From assembly GCA_030141605.1 (NCBI GenBank), contig JAQGDQ010000199.1, forward strand, positions 124,001-188,000: 64,000 nt of DNA. The letters run 5' to 3'. A program made the translations under genes and the position numbers. A model generated the notes under the pieces. That model was not told the origin of the DNA, searched no databases, and saw nothing but the letters and a program-made list of their open reading frames with translations. How positions within the stretch are numbered: position 1 is the first letter of the stretch; the number at the start of each line of letters is the position of its first letter. The stretch comes from Tubiluchus corallicola (Eukaryota > Animalia > Priapulida). Below are positions 13,461 to 38,212 of the stretch, one piece after another.

Positions 13461-14811
13461 TTAAAGTCACTGCAGTAGGCGCATGAAGCCAAAGTCTGAT
13501 GCTTCAGACTTCTATTCTCAAATAGATTCTAAATTCTCAACCAACCATACACCGTTATTTCTGTTCCTCTTTCAAATTGCTATTTAAATAAATTTTCAAA
13601 AATAATAAGACTAAAGAAAGGCTACTTTCTTCAAAATTGCACTTCATCGCGGAAGGGAAGAGATTGAAACACTGCACAAAAGAACTGTGACCCTCCCGTT
13701 TCGTTTGAACAGCACTTGAAAGAACAGCTGCTGCAAAATGTGAAAAAAAATCTTATTCTTCCAGATCTCCAGACCTCATTAAAAGAAGGGACACGTCACT
13801 TAGCATGCTGGGTTTCTTTTACTGTTATGACTTAAACTTAGAAAAAAACATAACAAAGAAATTTGCAAAAAAATTGTCTATAACACATAACATTCATTTA
13901 TACTACTGCTGTACAGAAATTTTCAAGCAAGGTGGTAGCCGCCATTTAATTTAAAATTATGACGTAACACATGGACTTCGTGGCTTTCTGCAAGTGCAAC
14001 GGCTTAAACTAACGACCAAGTAAAAACAACACTAAATTAACTATGTGATTTTTTTTTTGGAAAAACTTATTATACGTTTTGACGGAAATTGACAGTGCGC
14101 TGCTTTTCTTCGGTCAATGAAAAATCGTGCGCCATTGGTGAAAAATAGTTTTACTGACTACAGGAGGTACTTATGACAGTTTCATTGTTAAACCCTTCTA
14201 ATATTTTTGCGAACACTGAAATAAGCCTAACTTCCCAGAAAGCGTGATCTTTCCTTTAGCAATAAGTTATGCAGTTAAGGGAAAGCTAAAGATATGCGTT
14301 GACATCTTGAAAATAGTTTATGTTAATACGTAGCTGTTTGTCAAACAAAGGTTTGAGAGAAATGTTAGAAGCTTTTCATAACTCGAGCTTAACAAGTGTG
14401 GACAGCGTGAAAAAGCTTAATAATATCGATCTAAAGTTTTACAAAATGGCATTAATGCGCGCGAAATCAAGTTTTTGAAATCAACATTTTTCCCGTTTGA
14501 AGAGAAATCAATTTCCTCCTCATCAGATGAGGATGTTGAAGAGTCTGTCAATGCATAAGAGATTCTGATTCCAATCAATTTTCCGCATCTCATTACAGGC
14601 GCCAAATAAATTGCATTAACAGCGAAGGAAACGTCAGTTTATCAACAGTTTATGTCAGGAAAAGAACGAATGGAATACCACAGAGGCATTAAAGTTGTGG
14701 CGGATCCATGTATTATAGAGGGGTAAAAAACAAGGAAAAGTGACTAAAAGTAACTACTATTATAGAAAAGCAACGTATTCCATAAAGACAAGAATCGAAT
14801 TTGGTTTCTCC

Positions 14812-15022
<211 letters not shown>

Positions 15023-15690
15023 TCCATGCTTTCATACTGCACCAGCTTTCTTTGGCGTAAACAGCTTTTGGAGGAGGCACTCTAGCCAACCTTGTCAGTG
15101 TGTTCACTAATGCGAATAACTGGAACTAGTAGAGTTTAAATTAGCTTGTACAGTAAAACAATCATGAGTCAGAAGTCAAAACTAGGAGAAATTCTCTCAG
15201 GATGAATCAACATTTTCTATGTCAAACTACAGAGAAGAAAACAGCGATAAAAACTCAACTCCACAGACGGATCTGATAACATAGAGCAACACCGACCATA
15301 ACATGCTGCCACAATACGTGCTTCTAAATTTCAAAGCAGTACTACGGCGCCTCTACGGGAAATTAGTAAATAAAAGGGTGGACTAAAATAATAAATGAGG
15401 CATCGTACAGTGCACCAAGCAAAAAGTGGGCACTCCCGAACAAGGTCTGGGTTCGATTCCCAGCAGAGATGCAACATCTTCTAGTCTTTCTAATTTAATA
15501 TTACTGCAATGGATCGCAGAAAGCAAACATAAAAAATGCTATAAAACAAAGTTAAATTATGAAAGCTCGAACGAGATTATGAAAGAATTCCGCAAATAAG
15601 AGGTCCGCGGGAAAATTCCAAGTTAGACAACTGCGTGACATTTTGCAAGTCTCGTTCTTCAGATAACTTCTCTACTACGTAATTAAGTTA

Positions 15691-16547
15691 GAGTCATTCC
15701 GTGTTAACTCTCCTAAATTATTAAAAACCTCCCAGGTGATAACCTTGCACCTGCTGGAAAAAATACCCGAGTACCTGCGATAAACAGCTGAACACATGCA
15801 AAATGTAGACACATGAAGAGCCCAACTCCTATGAGTTATTAATTTTTTAAAATAATGTGTGCTCGATTTTTTTAGTCGCGAGTTTCGGGTTTACATTTTT
15901 GGCAAGTTTGAGCTTCCATACGTCAAAAAATACATACATGTACAGATCTCAAACTCTGCACGTAAGTATCATACTGGAAGGATCAGAATACTTCTATCTT
16001 ATTGGTTTTTGGGGTATACTATCGAAAACTCAAATTTTATCATTACAGATTTCAATTTACAGATTTCCAGAAGCCACAGCAGACAGCCAAAGAAACTGAT
16101 TGGTTTAATATTTTAGTCATGCGTTAACCAGGTGACACTTTAGTCAAGTGCTACATTTACTGCTGAGTAGTCGGACAGATGAGCAAATTATGAGTGCCTA
16201 AAAATGTCTCCGAAAAATAGATGACGAAAAATGTCTTCCAGTCCAAGAGGTATTTCACTAAGTGGGCGCTTACAGAAGCCTTTCAAATTTTCACAGTGCA
16301 AAGTCATTACTTTGCTAAAGTTATGGCGGATCCATGTATTGGTACCATGGCGGATACATGTATTGGTATCATGGCGGATACATGTATTAATATTAAATGC
16401 AGTAATTATGCTAAAGTTCATAATTCCCCATACACAAAAATAGGACGAACTAGGATTAGGGTTAGGGTTGGGATTAATTTAGGGTTAAGGAGAGGGAACA
16501 GATTAGAGTGTTAGAATTAGGGTATTTAAATTGATACGGAATGACCC
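15691..16547. mobile_element. Non-autonomous element with G(A/G)GTCATTCCGT termini
   Basis: Inverted 12-bp ends matching the terminus of the 29035 element; internal 24-bp triple repeat and a TTAGGG-like patch. Confidence 0.45.
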
Positions 16548-16954
16548 ATAAATTAGACAACGTTAATTAAATAGCTGAACAATCACCCATCGACTGGGAT
16601 GGAGTGAGTAGAAATTTACAACAACGCCATCGCTGCTCAATGCGTTTTCATGTCTGAAACGTCTCTCCACCTAAACCTCGAGTGTCATTAATTATCAACT
16701 GAAGCAGCCGTTGTCACGTTATGCAAAAGTCCTTGAAGGAAAGGCCACGCATCTCGCAGCTTCTCTCAATCACTCCTTCTCTCTGTGGGTCAAGGATTCA
16801 CTTACACTTACGATGAATCATCGTGAACTTGCTGAGAATTGCAGCCGTGAATCAGAAACTGTCAGGAAAACACGACAGCAAAAACTAGAAAATGCAGGGC
16901 TAAAGGAAATTTCAAAAGTAGCAAAGGCGCACATGTTCGGTTGGTGTACAGATG

Positions 16955-17425
16955 AAAGAGAGGCCTAGAAAGAAAGACTAGAACAGACGGAGGAACAAAA
17001 GTATGAGAAAGAGAAGACAGGAGAGATGGAAACAGAAAAGACAAAAAAAGAAAAAACAAACCCCCAAAAAAGAAAGAAAGAAAGAGAGAAGAGGAGTAAG
17101 AAAGAGACAGACGAGAGCAAGACAGAGAAATAAGAAAGATAAGAGGCGCAGAAGAGAATGGTGAAAGAAAGAGAAAGCGAGATGGGGCGGGGAGAAGAAA
17201 ATGAGGAGGAAGAATGAGCCAAAAGAGAACAGATGGAACAAGAAAGGACAGAAAGAGAGAAAAGAGGGAAGAACGGTGCAAATAGACAGAGAATAGGAAA
17301 ATAAAAGAAGAAAAAAGAATAAACAAAGTCAAAAAGGAGGAAAGTGAACAAGAGAAAAGGGAGGAGAAAAAGGAAAAGGGAAAATGAAGAATAAAGAAAG
17401 AGAGGTACGGAGAAACAAAAAGGCG
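16955..17425. repeat. Polypurine (GA-rich) low-complexity tract
   Basis: Strong G/A strand skew over ~470 bp. Confidence 0.85.
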
Positions 17426-18670
17426 AGGAGCTTTGAATTATTTCACACCGGCCTGTTGACCCACTGTTCATTATCTAGCCATGATGCCATTATCCATAAT
17501 TATTGAGTGAAGTCATTAAAATAATTTAATTACATGTTTCTGGTAGCTTTCTAATTAGCTATGAATATGAATCAGTATTGAACTATCAGACTACAGTAGT
17601 CACTTTGGCTGCCGGCCAGTAGCGATTAACAATGAAGCCAACATGTAAAATACATGTACGCGCTTTGGCACGCACATATATCTATGTAATTACTGTTTTG
17701 TTATTAGAGATATTTTGTGCCTTTTGTATTTTTCTCTGGCTGCTTTTCGTGCATTGTGTGTGTTTTTAATAAATAATTAATTTGTAACATGTTACAGATG
17801 ATAAAATAAAAATGTGACTTTTGTGCTCTTTTTTTTAATTTTTTTACATATCGGTAGCAGTGGATTAAAAATTTAAAACATCTTGTATGATCAATTTCTT
17901 TAGATTATGTTAGTGGTTCAGATTGTTGACAATGTATAGATTAAAATAAATTTTAATGTATTTATTAAAGTGGAGAAAGGGGAATTTTAGTGTCCCAAGA
18001 AACTATAAACTTTAAATACATTAATTTCCAGTACGCTTACCTGTTTGAAAGACTTATATAACTAGAAAAGAAAATTCTTAGTAATTTAAAGTGTTCACAA
18101 CAAATGGTGAAACGTCACTGGTTCACCTTCCCAGTGTGCACCACTGAATCACCAAAAACATTATTGATCTTCTTCATAGTATAAAATAACTGATATTTTT
18201 GCTTAGTTAGTGACGAGTGTGCTACGAATGCTCCGATTATTTTTTCAAACTTTGCACAATGTTATTAACACTTGTTTCAAATGAAATGAACTCAACCCTC
18301 ACCGCGGGAGTTAAAACCGTTAATTTTTTACAGGCTTCCAGCTAACGCAAGCTCTGTAGGCAATAAGACGGCACGTAGGCAATTCAAGAGAAATTTTTAT
18401 GCTTTATTAAGTAATTCTACTATGCCTACGTCAAATCACAGACTCCACTTCAGAGCTCAACTCTATGATCAAAGTGATACCCTGCTAGTTGAATAAACTT
18501 TTCTTTGTGCGTCTCAATCCTGTCCTTCACTTTGGGCACTAATCCACTTCACATGCCATTAACATAAAAAGCAACTCTCCGTCATAATATCAGACGATTT
18601 AGAATAAAGCGAAAAAATATTCAATGCTGTCATAAATATTTCATCAGCTCCATCAGGCTACTACTTAGTC

Positions 18671-19145
18671 CAGGGGTGTGCAAATTATCTGACTAGCCGG
18701 GCCACATTAAACTTTCCCGCAATTCCTGAGGGCCACAGGCAGTTTGATCAAGGAGCCAAGTACAGAAAGGCCTAATAACGATTTTTTTGCATCCGACCTG
18801 CGTACATCATTACTACTACACTCAAGAAACTATTTTAAAAGTTATTAAAATTTATATTACAAACCATATATTTCTACTTTCAGGACAGATAGTGGTAATT
18901 TCATTACAATGCGTATTAGTAATGTGTATCACACAGTCTGTGTAGTTATTAAACTACAACCGTCTTGTAAGGGTTAATGGCGTCCGATCTAGTAGAAAAA
19001 CCTACCCGCACTATCTTTGGGATCGTGGCACGGACTTCAGCTGGATACACTCAATTAATCGCCCGGACCGCACTTTCATTAGGTTGACAAACCTCTTTGC
19101 GGGCCGCACAAATTCTCTCGACGGGCCGCAATTTGCACACCCCTG
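18671..19145. mobile_element. hAT MITE family D, copy 1
   Basis: TIR CAGGGGTGTGCAAATT; 8-bp TSD ACTTAGTC/ACTTAGTG (7 of 8 match). Confidence 0.87.
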
Positions 19146-20017
19146 ACTTAGTGCTTAAAAAGCAAAATTAAGTTTCATTGAAATTAGTTTACTTTTGAAA
19201 TTGTGGCAAGAGCAAAAGTAATGTATTCAACATGAAATCATATAGCGTATATACAGCGGGGATCACAGGGTTTATATAAACACAACAGTTACCGACTGTT
19301 AGACCTGCGTACTTGTGTAAACAAATATAATTATTTTGTGCTTTAAAACGGGGCAGACCAGCAGCTGTTTTGAACCGTTCAGAGGTTCAGAAGTAATGTA
19401 AGTGTGCAGTGAATGCTGTATATTATAATGCAAGCACCTGTTCCATACTCTTGTACCAAGAACGCGCTGCTATCAAAGTGAAATTTTGCCCGTAGTACAT
19501 GTATGTACATAATATAATGTTCAGAATACAAATATAAATAAATCATTTATGAACCGTATTCAAAAGAAGGGAACATTATTTTCTTTTTGCGTTATGACGC
19601 CGTTATCCAGATAAGAGTAGAGATTTGATAAAAATTTACTTTTAAACTCAAATTTTGTTCAATTTCATTCTATCTGTCAAGGTATTATGGCCAAGTTCTC
19701 AACCTTGGTGAGTTTTCGCTTGCCTACAAAGTGGTGATGTGAGATTACTTTGCATTTTAATGAAATTACTGAATTTATTTAACTGAAATCAGCTGATAAA
19801 AGTGACTCAACAAAGTGACAAAAAAGAAATTATAAAACTTACCCATGCCTATAAAATTATAGTTACTCTCTGACGCATACCCGATTTGTAATGTGCAGTA
19901 ATTACAGTTCTGTAGTCATGGCGCCACAAGGTAAAAAGACCTAGCTCTGTTAAAAACTGTGAAACGTGATTCAACTATACTTAACAATCGTTGTGAGTCA
20001 ACGCTACGATTTTTTAA

Positions 20018-20478
20018 CCCTTTCAGTCCCAAATTATTTTTTTAATAAGAAAATTTTTTTTGGCTTGGTACTTTTGTTCAGTATGCCCATCTTGTTTACA
20101 CATAATAATTTTTGTTATTCTACCTGTGCCCGCGTGCAAAGTATAGCCTGTATCCCACGGGATACATTGGGATTCAATGGAAGCATAAAATGTGCTTCAT
20201 TTTGCAACTGCTGATAATTTTTTAAAGTATTTAAGACATTTGGTATGCATGCTATGCTGATCTGTACAAAGTTGTCTCTAAAGTACTGTACCTTGCGCAG
20301 TTTTTTAAGCTATGTAGATTTTCTAGTTTGCCATTTTATCACCATTTTTAATCTATCGTTATTGGCTTAAATCAAAACAACTATTAACAGATCAAATAAC
20401 TGTCAGTTTTAAAATTTTATTAATTTTAAAGGCAGAAAATATTCTCGTATCCCATGGGATACAACGGGTATGAAAGGG
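20018..20478 (+). mobile_element. piggyBac-like MITE family A, copy 3
   Basis: Near-identical to 1449-1909; TTAA on both sides. Confidence 0.88.
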
Positions 20479-20765
20479 TTAATTAATTTTAATTAAATGA
20501 GTATATAATTTGGCACAACACAGGCTGCATACATAATTTATAATATAAATACATATATTTGGTAAATACACATAGGTACAGTTGCCTCCAGGACCCATAC
20601 GCAATATGCATTTTTACCATTTCAGATACGATATGTAGACTTTTAATTGGCAAAAATATGGACTTTTATGGACGGCAAGGAGTCTTATGACTCTGAGACT
20701 TATTAAATCCCGTTTTAAAATAAACTAGTACTTATTTGCTTACTAGAACAAATACTTTTAGAGTT

Positions 20766-21014
20766 AGACTGTCTATATCTAACTTTGTAAAGGCAATTCG
20801 CAATTATACATCAGGAACAAAGCCCACAGATTGTCTATATCTAACTTTGTAAAGGCAATTCGCAATTATACATCAGCAACAAAGCCCACAGACTGTCTAT
20901 ATCTAACTTTGTAAAGGCAATTCGCAATTATACATCAGGAACAAAGCCCACAGATTGTCTATATCTAACTTTGTAAAGGCAATTCGCAATTATACATCAG
21001 CAACAAATCCCACA
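20766..21014. repeat. 62-bp tandem repeat x4
   Basis: Unit AGAYTGTCTATATCTAACTTTGTAAAGGCAATTCGCAATTATACATCAGSAACAAAGCCCAC. Confidence 0.95.
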
Positions 21015-21519
21015 AAAGTCAAAAAATCAAATAAATACTTGACATGCTAACAACTTTAATAATTACTAACAACTTTTCTTTTTTCCTTACCAAGGTACTT
21101 GCTTGAGATTATACAGTGTTTAGAAACCGAAACTCCAAAACCTCTCGGCTCACACAGCTAAGCTTTTGCAGTTAAGAACACGCATGCAATACCCGACGAC
21201 TGCAGAACTTCACTTTAAAACTCGAGGTTTTCGTAGCAGCGTGTAGACCGCGACTGATTTTGTAACACGAATATTCACAAGAGATAACGAGAGAAACCCA
21301 CGAAATCCAAGAACGCATGCAGACACAGATTAACGCTATGAAGTTCACAAATAAAAATGCAAATGCCAAATTACGACCAACGCGATTGTGGGCCTCTAGC
21401 AGACAAATGACTCAGCCGCTCACCACACTAGTCAAGCGGCGACAAGTTGACGTAAACATTGCTCCAGGCGCGACCAATCCATGTAGCGATGATTATTGTT
21501 CACGTTTCTACACCGTGTA

Positions 21520-22218
21520 AAGTGGCGCTTACGTAATATGAAGATGCGTATGCGTTGGGGGGGGGGGGGGGGGGGAATAGATCAAATCGGATTATACCGT
21601 TTTCAATGCACCCGTTTATTATAACAAATAATAATAATAAATTTATTTGGGAATGCAAATACAATATCTAGAAACACTGAGAACAATTATATGCAAGAAA
21701 ATTTTAAACAGTGATGCAAACTTTACTTCTGTAATTAGACGATATTCGCGTAGTTTGTTATATCGTTAATTGTTATTTGTGTAATTGTTGTGTTTCATGA
21801 TTTATTGTATTATTTGTATTAATTTGTGATGTGTTTATGAACTTTGTGAAGTTTGAAATAAAATATTAAATCTAAAAAAAATACTGGTATATATATATAT
21901 ATATAAGATTCGAGACTACAGCTCCGACGACAGCACCATTTGCGGCGATCTATACATCAAACGAAATGTCTCGATCTAGTGTCGTGCCATTGATGGTTTA
22001 TTTTTCGATTCCGGCCCACCGGGGGGCGAAAATTAATAATAATGTCTTAACTTTGATATGACAGCATGCATATAATAAATGGCAAGAACCAGAAGTAAAA
22101 CTTGTTAGGTGCTTTATTGCAGCCTGCGTATGCGTTATTCTTTTTCTGCAGCTACTTCCTATTGATTTACTTCCGCAGCCCTTCGCATCCGCATCCGGCT
22201 CCTACATAAACGCCACTT
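21520..22218. mobile_element. Composite TIR element
   Basis: Inverted ends AAGTGGCGCTTACGTA..GATGCGTATGCG / CGCATCCGCATC..TACATAAACGCCACTT. Confidence 0.45.
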
Positions 22219-24487
22219 TAAGTGATGATAAACCATTTTCAAATTATTAATAAAAACGCACAATAAAGAAAAAAGAAAGGCGCGACGTTTCATTCCATCA
22301 CCGTGTTAATCTATCTATCTTCGTGTTAATTATTCAAATACGTCGTCTTATATGTGAAATATTGCAATGAAGATTTTGTCTCGTCACTGAAGTCAGAGAG
22401 AAATAAGTGTGCCACGGTGGCGCCACGGTGTGTCATCGTTCATAGTTTTAAGCAAAGCTACTCAAGAGATAATGAAGTCACCTAAAAACGTGTCAAAATT
22501 TAAACCATATGAAGGCATACGCAGCCTCAGATGACGTTTGAAATTATTTCGAAAGCGTGATGCGCGAAGTAACACAGAAGACGTGTGAAGCCTCAGAATA
22601 TGTGTGAAGCCATTTGAAAACGTGTAAAAAATTAACTGAAGACGTGTACCCTCATAAAGCATGTGAAATTACAAGAACACCTATAAAGCCACTTGAAGAA
22701 TCGTAAAACCTTAACAACCTATGTTGACCTGTATAAAGACGGGTACGGTCCATCAAAAGGCACATTAATATTGTACATCATCAAGACCATGAGTAAAACG
22801 ATCAGCGTCAAGATACCTAAGATCCTCTGAAGATGTGTAAAAATATGAGAAGGCATATGTGAGAAGGCAAAATATGGGTTAAAGAAAACGTGTCTAAATC
22901 TGAAGAGGTATGAAATTTGACAAGAAAATAAAAAAATATATATCTCTCTTAATATTTTGGCATCAAAGACATACGCAGACGTGAAACCAATTGAATAGAG
23001 TAAAATCATATAATCGTAACCTTAATGTTCACCGTTTGACAAACAAATCTTTTTGTCTCAATTTATACCAGCAAATTCTGAGGAAACTCAACAGGCGACG
23101 TTTCATTGCTGACGCTAGCGACACCTTTGGTCTATAAATATAATTAATTTTTACATACTGCCCATTTTTTTCAACTTTTTTCAAAATTTTCAAAGTTACC
23201 CCTCAGCAGAGCTTAGCCAACTATCATTTCTCTTTGTCAGATACTTAATTACCTCCCCTTTCACTTGTATGTAAAAATGACTCTAAATTAGTGTAGCTGC
23301 AGCAAGTATGATTAGATCCAGCAAGCAGAGGGTGGTTTATGTACAATTACGGAAGGGAAGGCAGGCAAAAGTGCGGAAAGTGGTGCTTATTATTGTTTAC
23401 GTTTACGACTCGGGGGTGTAACTCTCTCTATCACATTACAGTTTTGTTTAGACTAAAATCATTAAACCAGTTACCCTCTTGTTTACAACCATGATGCAAC
23501 CCAGCTGGTGGTGACTGGTCAGTTTCACCACTGGTCAACAAGCAAGAGTCCATACCAGCTGTCCAACTATTCGGGATAACAGCCAAGTGTAATAGAATTG
23601 CAAAGTGTACAGCAGGAGTCAGAAATTTGAAAAACAGTATTGTATACACAAGCGTATGCAATTTGTACACAATGGAGCTTACAGTTTATGTTTCAAAGTT
23701 CACATTTTGAAATTTAAAATAATTAAAGGGGAAGAAAAGGGCATTTTAAAATATGTCCCAAAAATTTTCCATACAAAGTTATATTACTTAGCATTAATAT
23801 GCTTATTTGATTTAAAGGTTTATATAACTAGAAAAACGAATTCTTAAGAATTAATAATTTAAAATGCTTGCACCAACCGGTGAACCATCTCTGGCTCACC
23901 TTCCCAGTGTGCACCACTGACTCACATTTTATTCACATTATAAAGTAATTTACACGTTTCCTTAGATAACGAAGAGTGTGCTGCGAATGCCTTGATTGTT
24001 TTTCGAACTGTACGTAACGTTATCTAAACTTATTTCAAGCAACTTAGCGCTAAAATGGCTGTGCTTAATGGTCATTGTGGAAGTTTAAATTTACTACAAG
24101 TTTTAAACAGTGTTGCTGCTAACACAAGCTCTGTATACAATAAAACATTTCGTTCGTGACACAGAATTTCAAGGCGAACTTTTCACATTTCATTATGAAC
24201 GCATTTACAACTAACGGGCACTCATTAGAGTTGCAGACCAATGTCCCCACATGAAATTACAAGAGCAAAAATTATTTTGACTAACCGGCTTTTAGCTGCT
24301 AAGTGACATTATATTTTAGCTTGCTAAAGTAGATTTAATAAATATGAATGTCAGTCTACTTAATTTTGTTTTTGTCCTAGTAACCTTGATGCTTTGAACC
24401 AAAAAGCAAAGGGTTTTTAGACCTTTCTCACACCTATTTCTCTCTGACCAGTTAATTATATTCATGTATAAACATGTTTGTAGACTG

Positions 24488-24687
24488 ATCACACATTACA
24501 TTACAGTACAAGTTTTGTGATTATTTTCTCATCACACAGTACATTACAGTACAAGTTTTGTGATTATTTTCTCATCACACAGTACATTACGGTACAAGTT
24601 TGGTGATTATTTTCTCGTCACACATTACATTACAGTACAAGTTTGGTGATTATTTTCTCATAACACATTACATTACAGTACAAGTTT
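24488..24687. repeat. 43-bp tandem repeat, ~4.6 copies, downstream of the tafazzin stop
   Basis: Unit ATCACACAKTACATTACAGTACAAGTTTKGTGATTATTTTCTC. Confidence 0.93.
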
Positions 24688-24996
24688 GATGGGTATAGTT
24701 TCATCCATTTTGACTTTATTGTGCAAACAGACAGACAGACGGACACACTCACATGTGACTGATTTCCCTACCTTCACGCTGATTACCAATATGTTCGGGA
24801 ACAATGTACTAGCTGCTAAATTTTGAGGATGTAAATTTTAAAATTCTGATTTAATAAAATGCCATTCAAGAAAAAACAAATCACTAAATCATTATTATAT
24901 CCACACAGGGTTCCAATTCACTACAAAATTATTATATCTCTAAATTTTACATGATTAGTAACTTATAATTGACTATTTCCTAATTCTCCTCTATTG

Positions 24997-36447
<11,451 letters not shown>

Positions 36448-38048
36448 TATAAAGTATCGCAGCGTCTTTCACATGAAGCAACGTCTTATTAACATTTTCC
36501 TGTACATTCCAAAGTCATAAAGTGATAGCACATGCACACAGCAGCTAACGAAAAACACAGCAGAAGAACGCAGACATGTTGTATGATATCATACATTCAA
36601 TTCAAGCAGATCTTACAGCACATACTATCGGACACAAGAAGTGTGGTGATAATTATCAATGTAACCACACATTTGTAACATTCGAACATTCATAATTATT
36701 CATGATGAAGTATTTGATTTAAATTTCTGTGATAACCTGATGAAACTTTAATCACATTGCCACAGAAATTTAAACTATCCTTATGACCCTGGCATATTCA
36801 TCTCTGATTTTTATTTTGGATTTATGAAGCGATTCTTGAATGCTAGAAAAAAGAACACTAATGATATTTAGTTCAATACCTTAACAATCCTAATAAGTGG
36901 CAAGAATTATAAGTCATTATTATCAACGCCACTGCTCATTTTAAAAATTACGATTAAGCATACATGTGAACTTTTGGGCTATTTTATGACTTATGAGTGC
37001 ACACTGCACAGGTTGTAATAATTAGACTGCTGAGCCCCTTGTGCCTATGGCAACTCTTATTTTGTTCCAGTATGTAATAATGTTAGAATGAGAAAACTAA
37101 CACTCAGTTAGTGCCATTTATTTGAGTTATTTTTGCTAAGTATTTATATTATTGTCATCAGGTCTTGTTTAAATGTGCTTACAGGTTGGTATGTGAGCTT
37201 GTGAAGCACAAATGCCTCATACAGCTTACAGCTTTTTCAACAAGTGGAGCAGCACCATGACTTGTTTCCAGTGCTATTATGATAAAGCGCCATTATCATT
37301 ATATTTATTTTGCATTTCCTGTCCATTTCCTGTTCAGTCATGTATAGCGAGCAAGCTTAGGCTGCCATGATACCCAGAATAATTTATCGGAGATTTATAC
37401 AAGTAAATTGACTCCAGTTTTTTAAACATTTTGAGAAAGACCGAAATCTCAGACACTGACATTATGCCATCTTGCACCAGTTCCTTGGTATGTGAGACTA
37501 AAACTAAAACTGAGAGTTTTTCAAAAAAGTAAAACAATTTGCATAATAATTAATAAAAAGCAGAGCTCCAAAATGAATTAGGTATAGTTGTTGCACAGAA
37601 ATGTACACAAATATTGCATTATAAGTTTAGTCTTCGATACTGTTTAGTAGTAGTGTTTGTTCTATAATAAAACATAAAATTATTGTGCTATGTTATAGTG
37701 CAATCATTTACTGTGCTATAATTGTAGTGAAATGTATCTTAACATTATGTCACATTTACAGTGCTGTATCAGATCGTTGTCTTTCGTTACAGCAATGCTA
37801 TTCAAAATTATATATTATTTGATTTTACACGAGTTGTTGTTATGATCCATGCTATGGCGTTGGCAAACCGTCATTAATTCAATCAATGCTTAAAAAGGGC
37901 TACCGAAGCATTGAAGATTTCTTCTTTCGCTTTCCACCACGTGAATTTTGTAAAAAGTGCTAGTAAACGAAATAACGATTAAGTAAAAGAATAACGACTG
38001 TTTCATTAGTATGTAATCAATACTGTGATAGATTTTCACTAAACGAAA
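36448..38048. promoter_or_regulatory. Divergent intergenic region / probable shared promoter of TAFAZZIN and AMDHD1
   Basis: The start codons point away from each other 1.6 kb apart. TSSs cannot be determined from sequence alone. Confidence 0.5.
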
Positions 38049-38212
38049 ATGTCCACTAAACACAAATTGCTTGTACATTCAGCAAAAGAGGTAATCCAGG
38101 TTGTATCAGATAATGAAATGGTGTTACCAGGAAAGTTGATGCGTCGAATTTCAGTATTAAAATCTGATGAAAATCGTGGTATTGCTGATGGATATAGTGT
38201 CGTCGTAGACAG
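38049..38212 (+). CDS. AMDHD1: AMDHD1 exon 1
   Basis: MSTKHKLLVHSAKEVIQVVSDNEMVLPGKLMRRISVLK...YSVVVD; AG|GTAATA donor. Confidence 0.9.

Noticed and set aside
14417-14605. 62-aa ORF with an acidic SSSDEEE stretch
   Set aside because: No recognisable homology, no ATG at the called start, and no convincing flanking splice sites.
15420-15480. tRNA gene (GGTTCGATTCCC B-box)
   Set aside because: No cloverleaf or clear A-box; likely a decayed tRNA-SINE head.
23090-23135. Minimal hammerhead ribozyme remnant on the minus strand (...GTCGCTAGCGTCAGCAATGAAACGTCG)
   Set aside because: GAAAC and a partial stem are present but the CUGANGA core is missing; at most a dead Penelope-type remnant.
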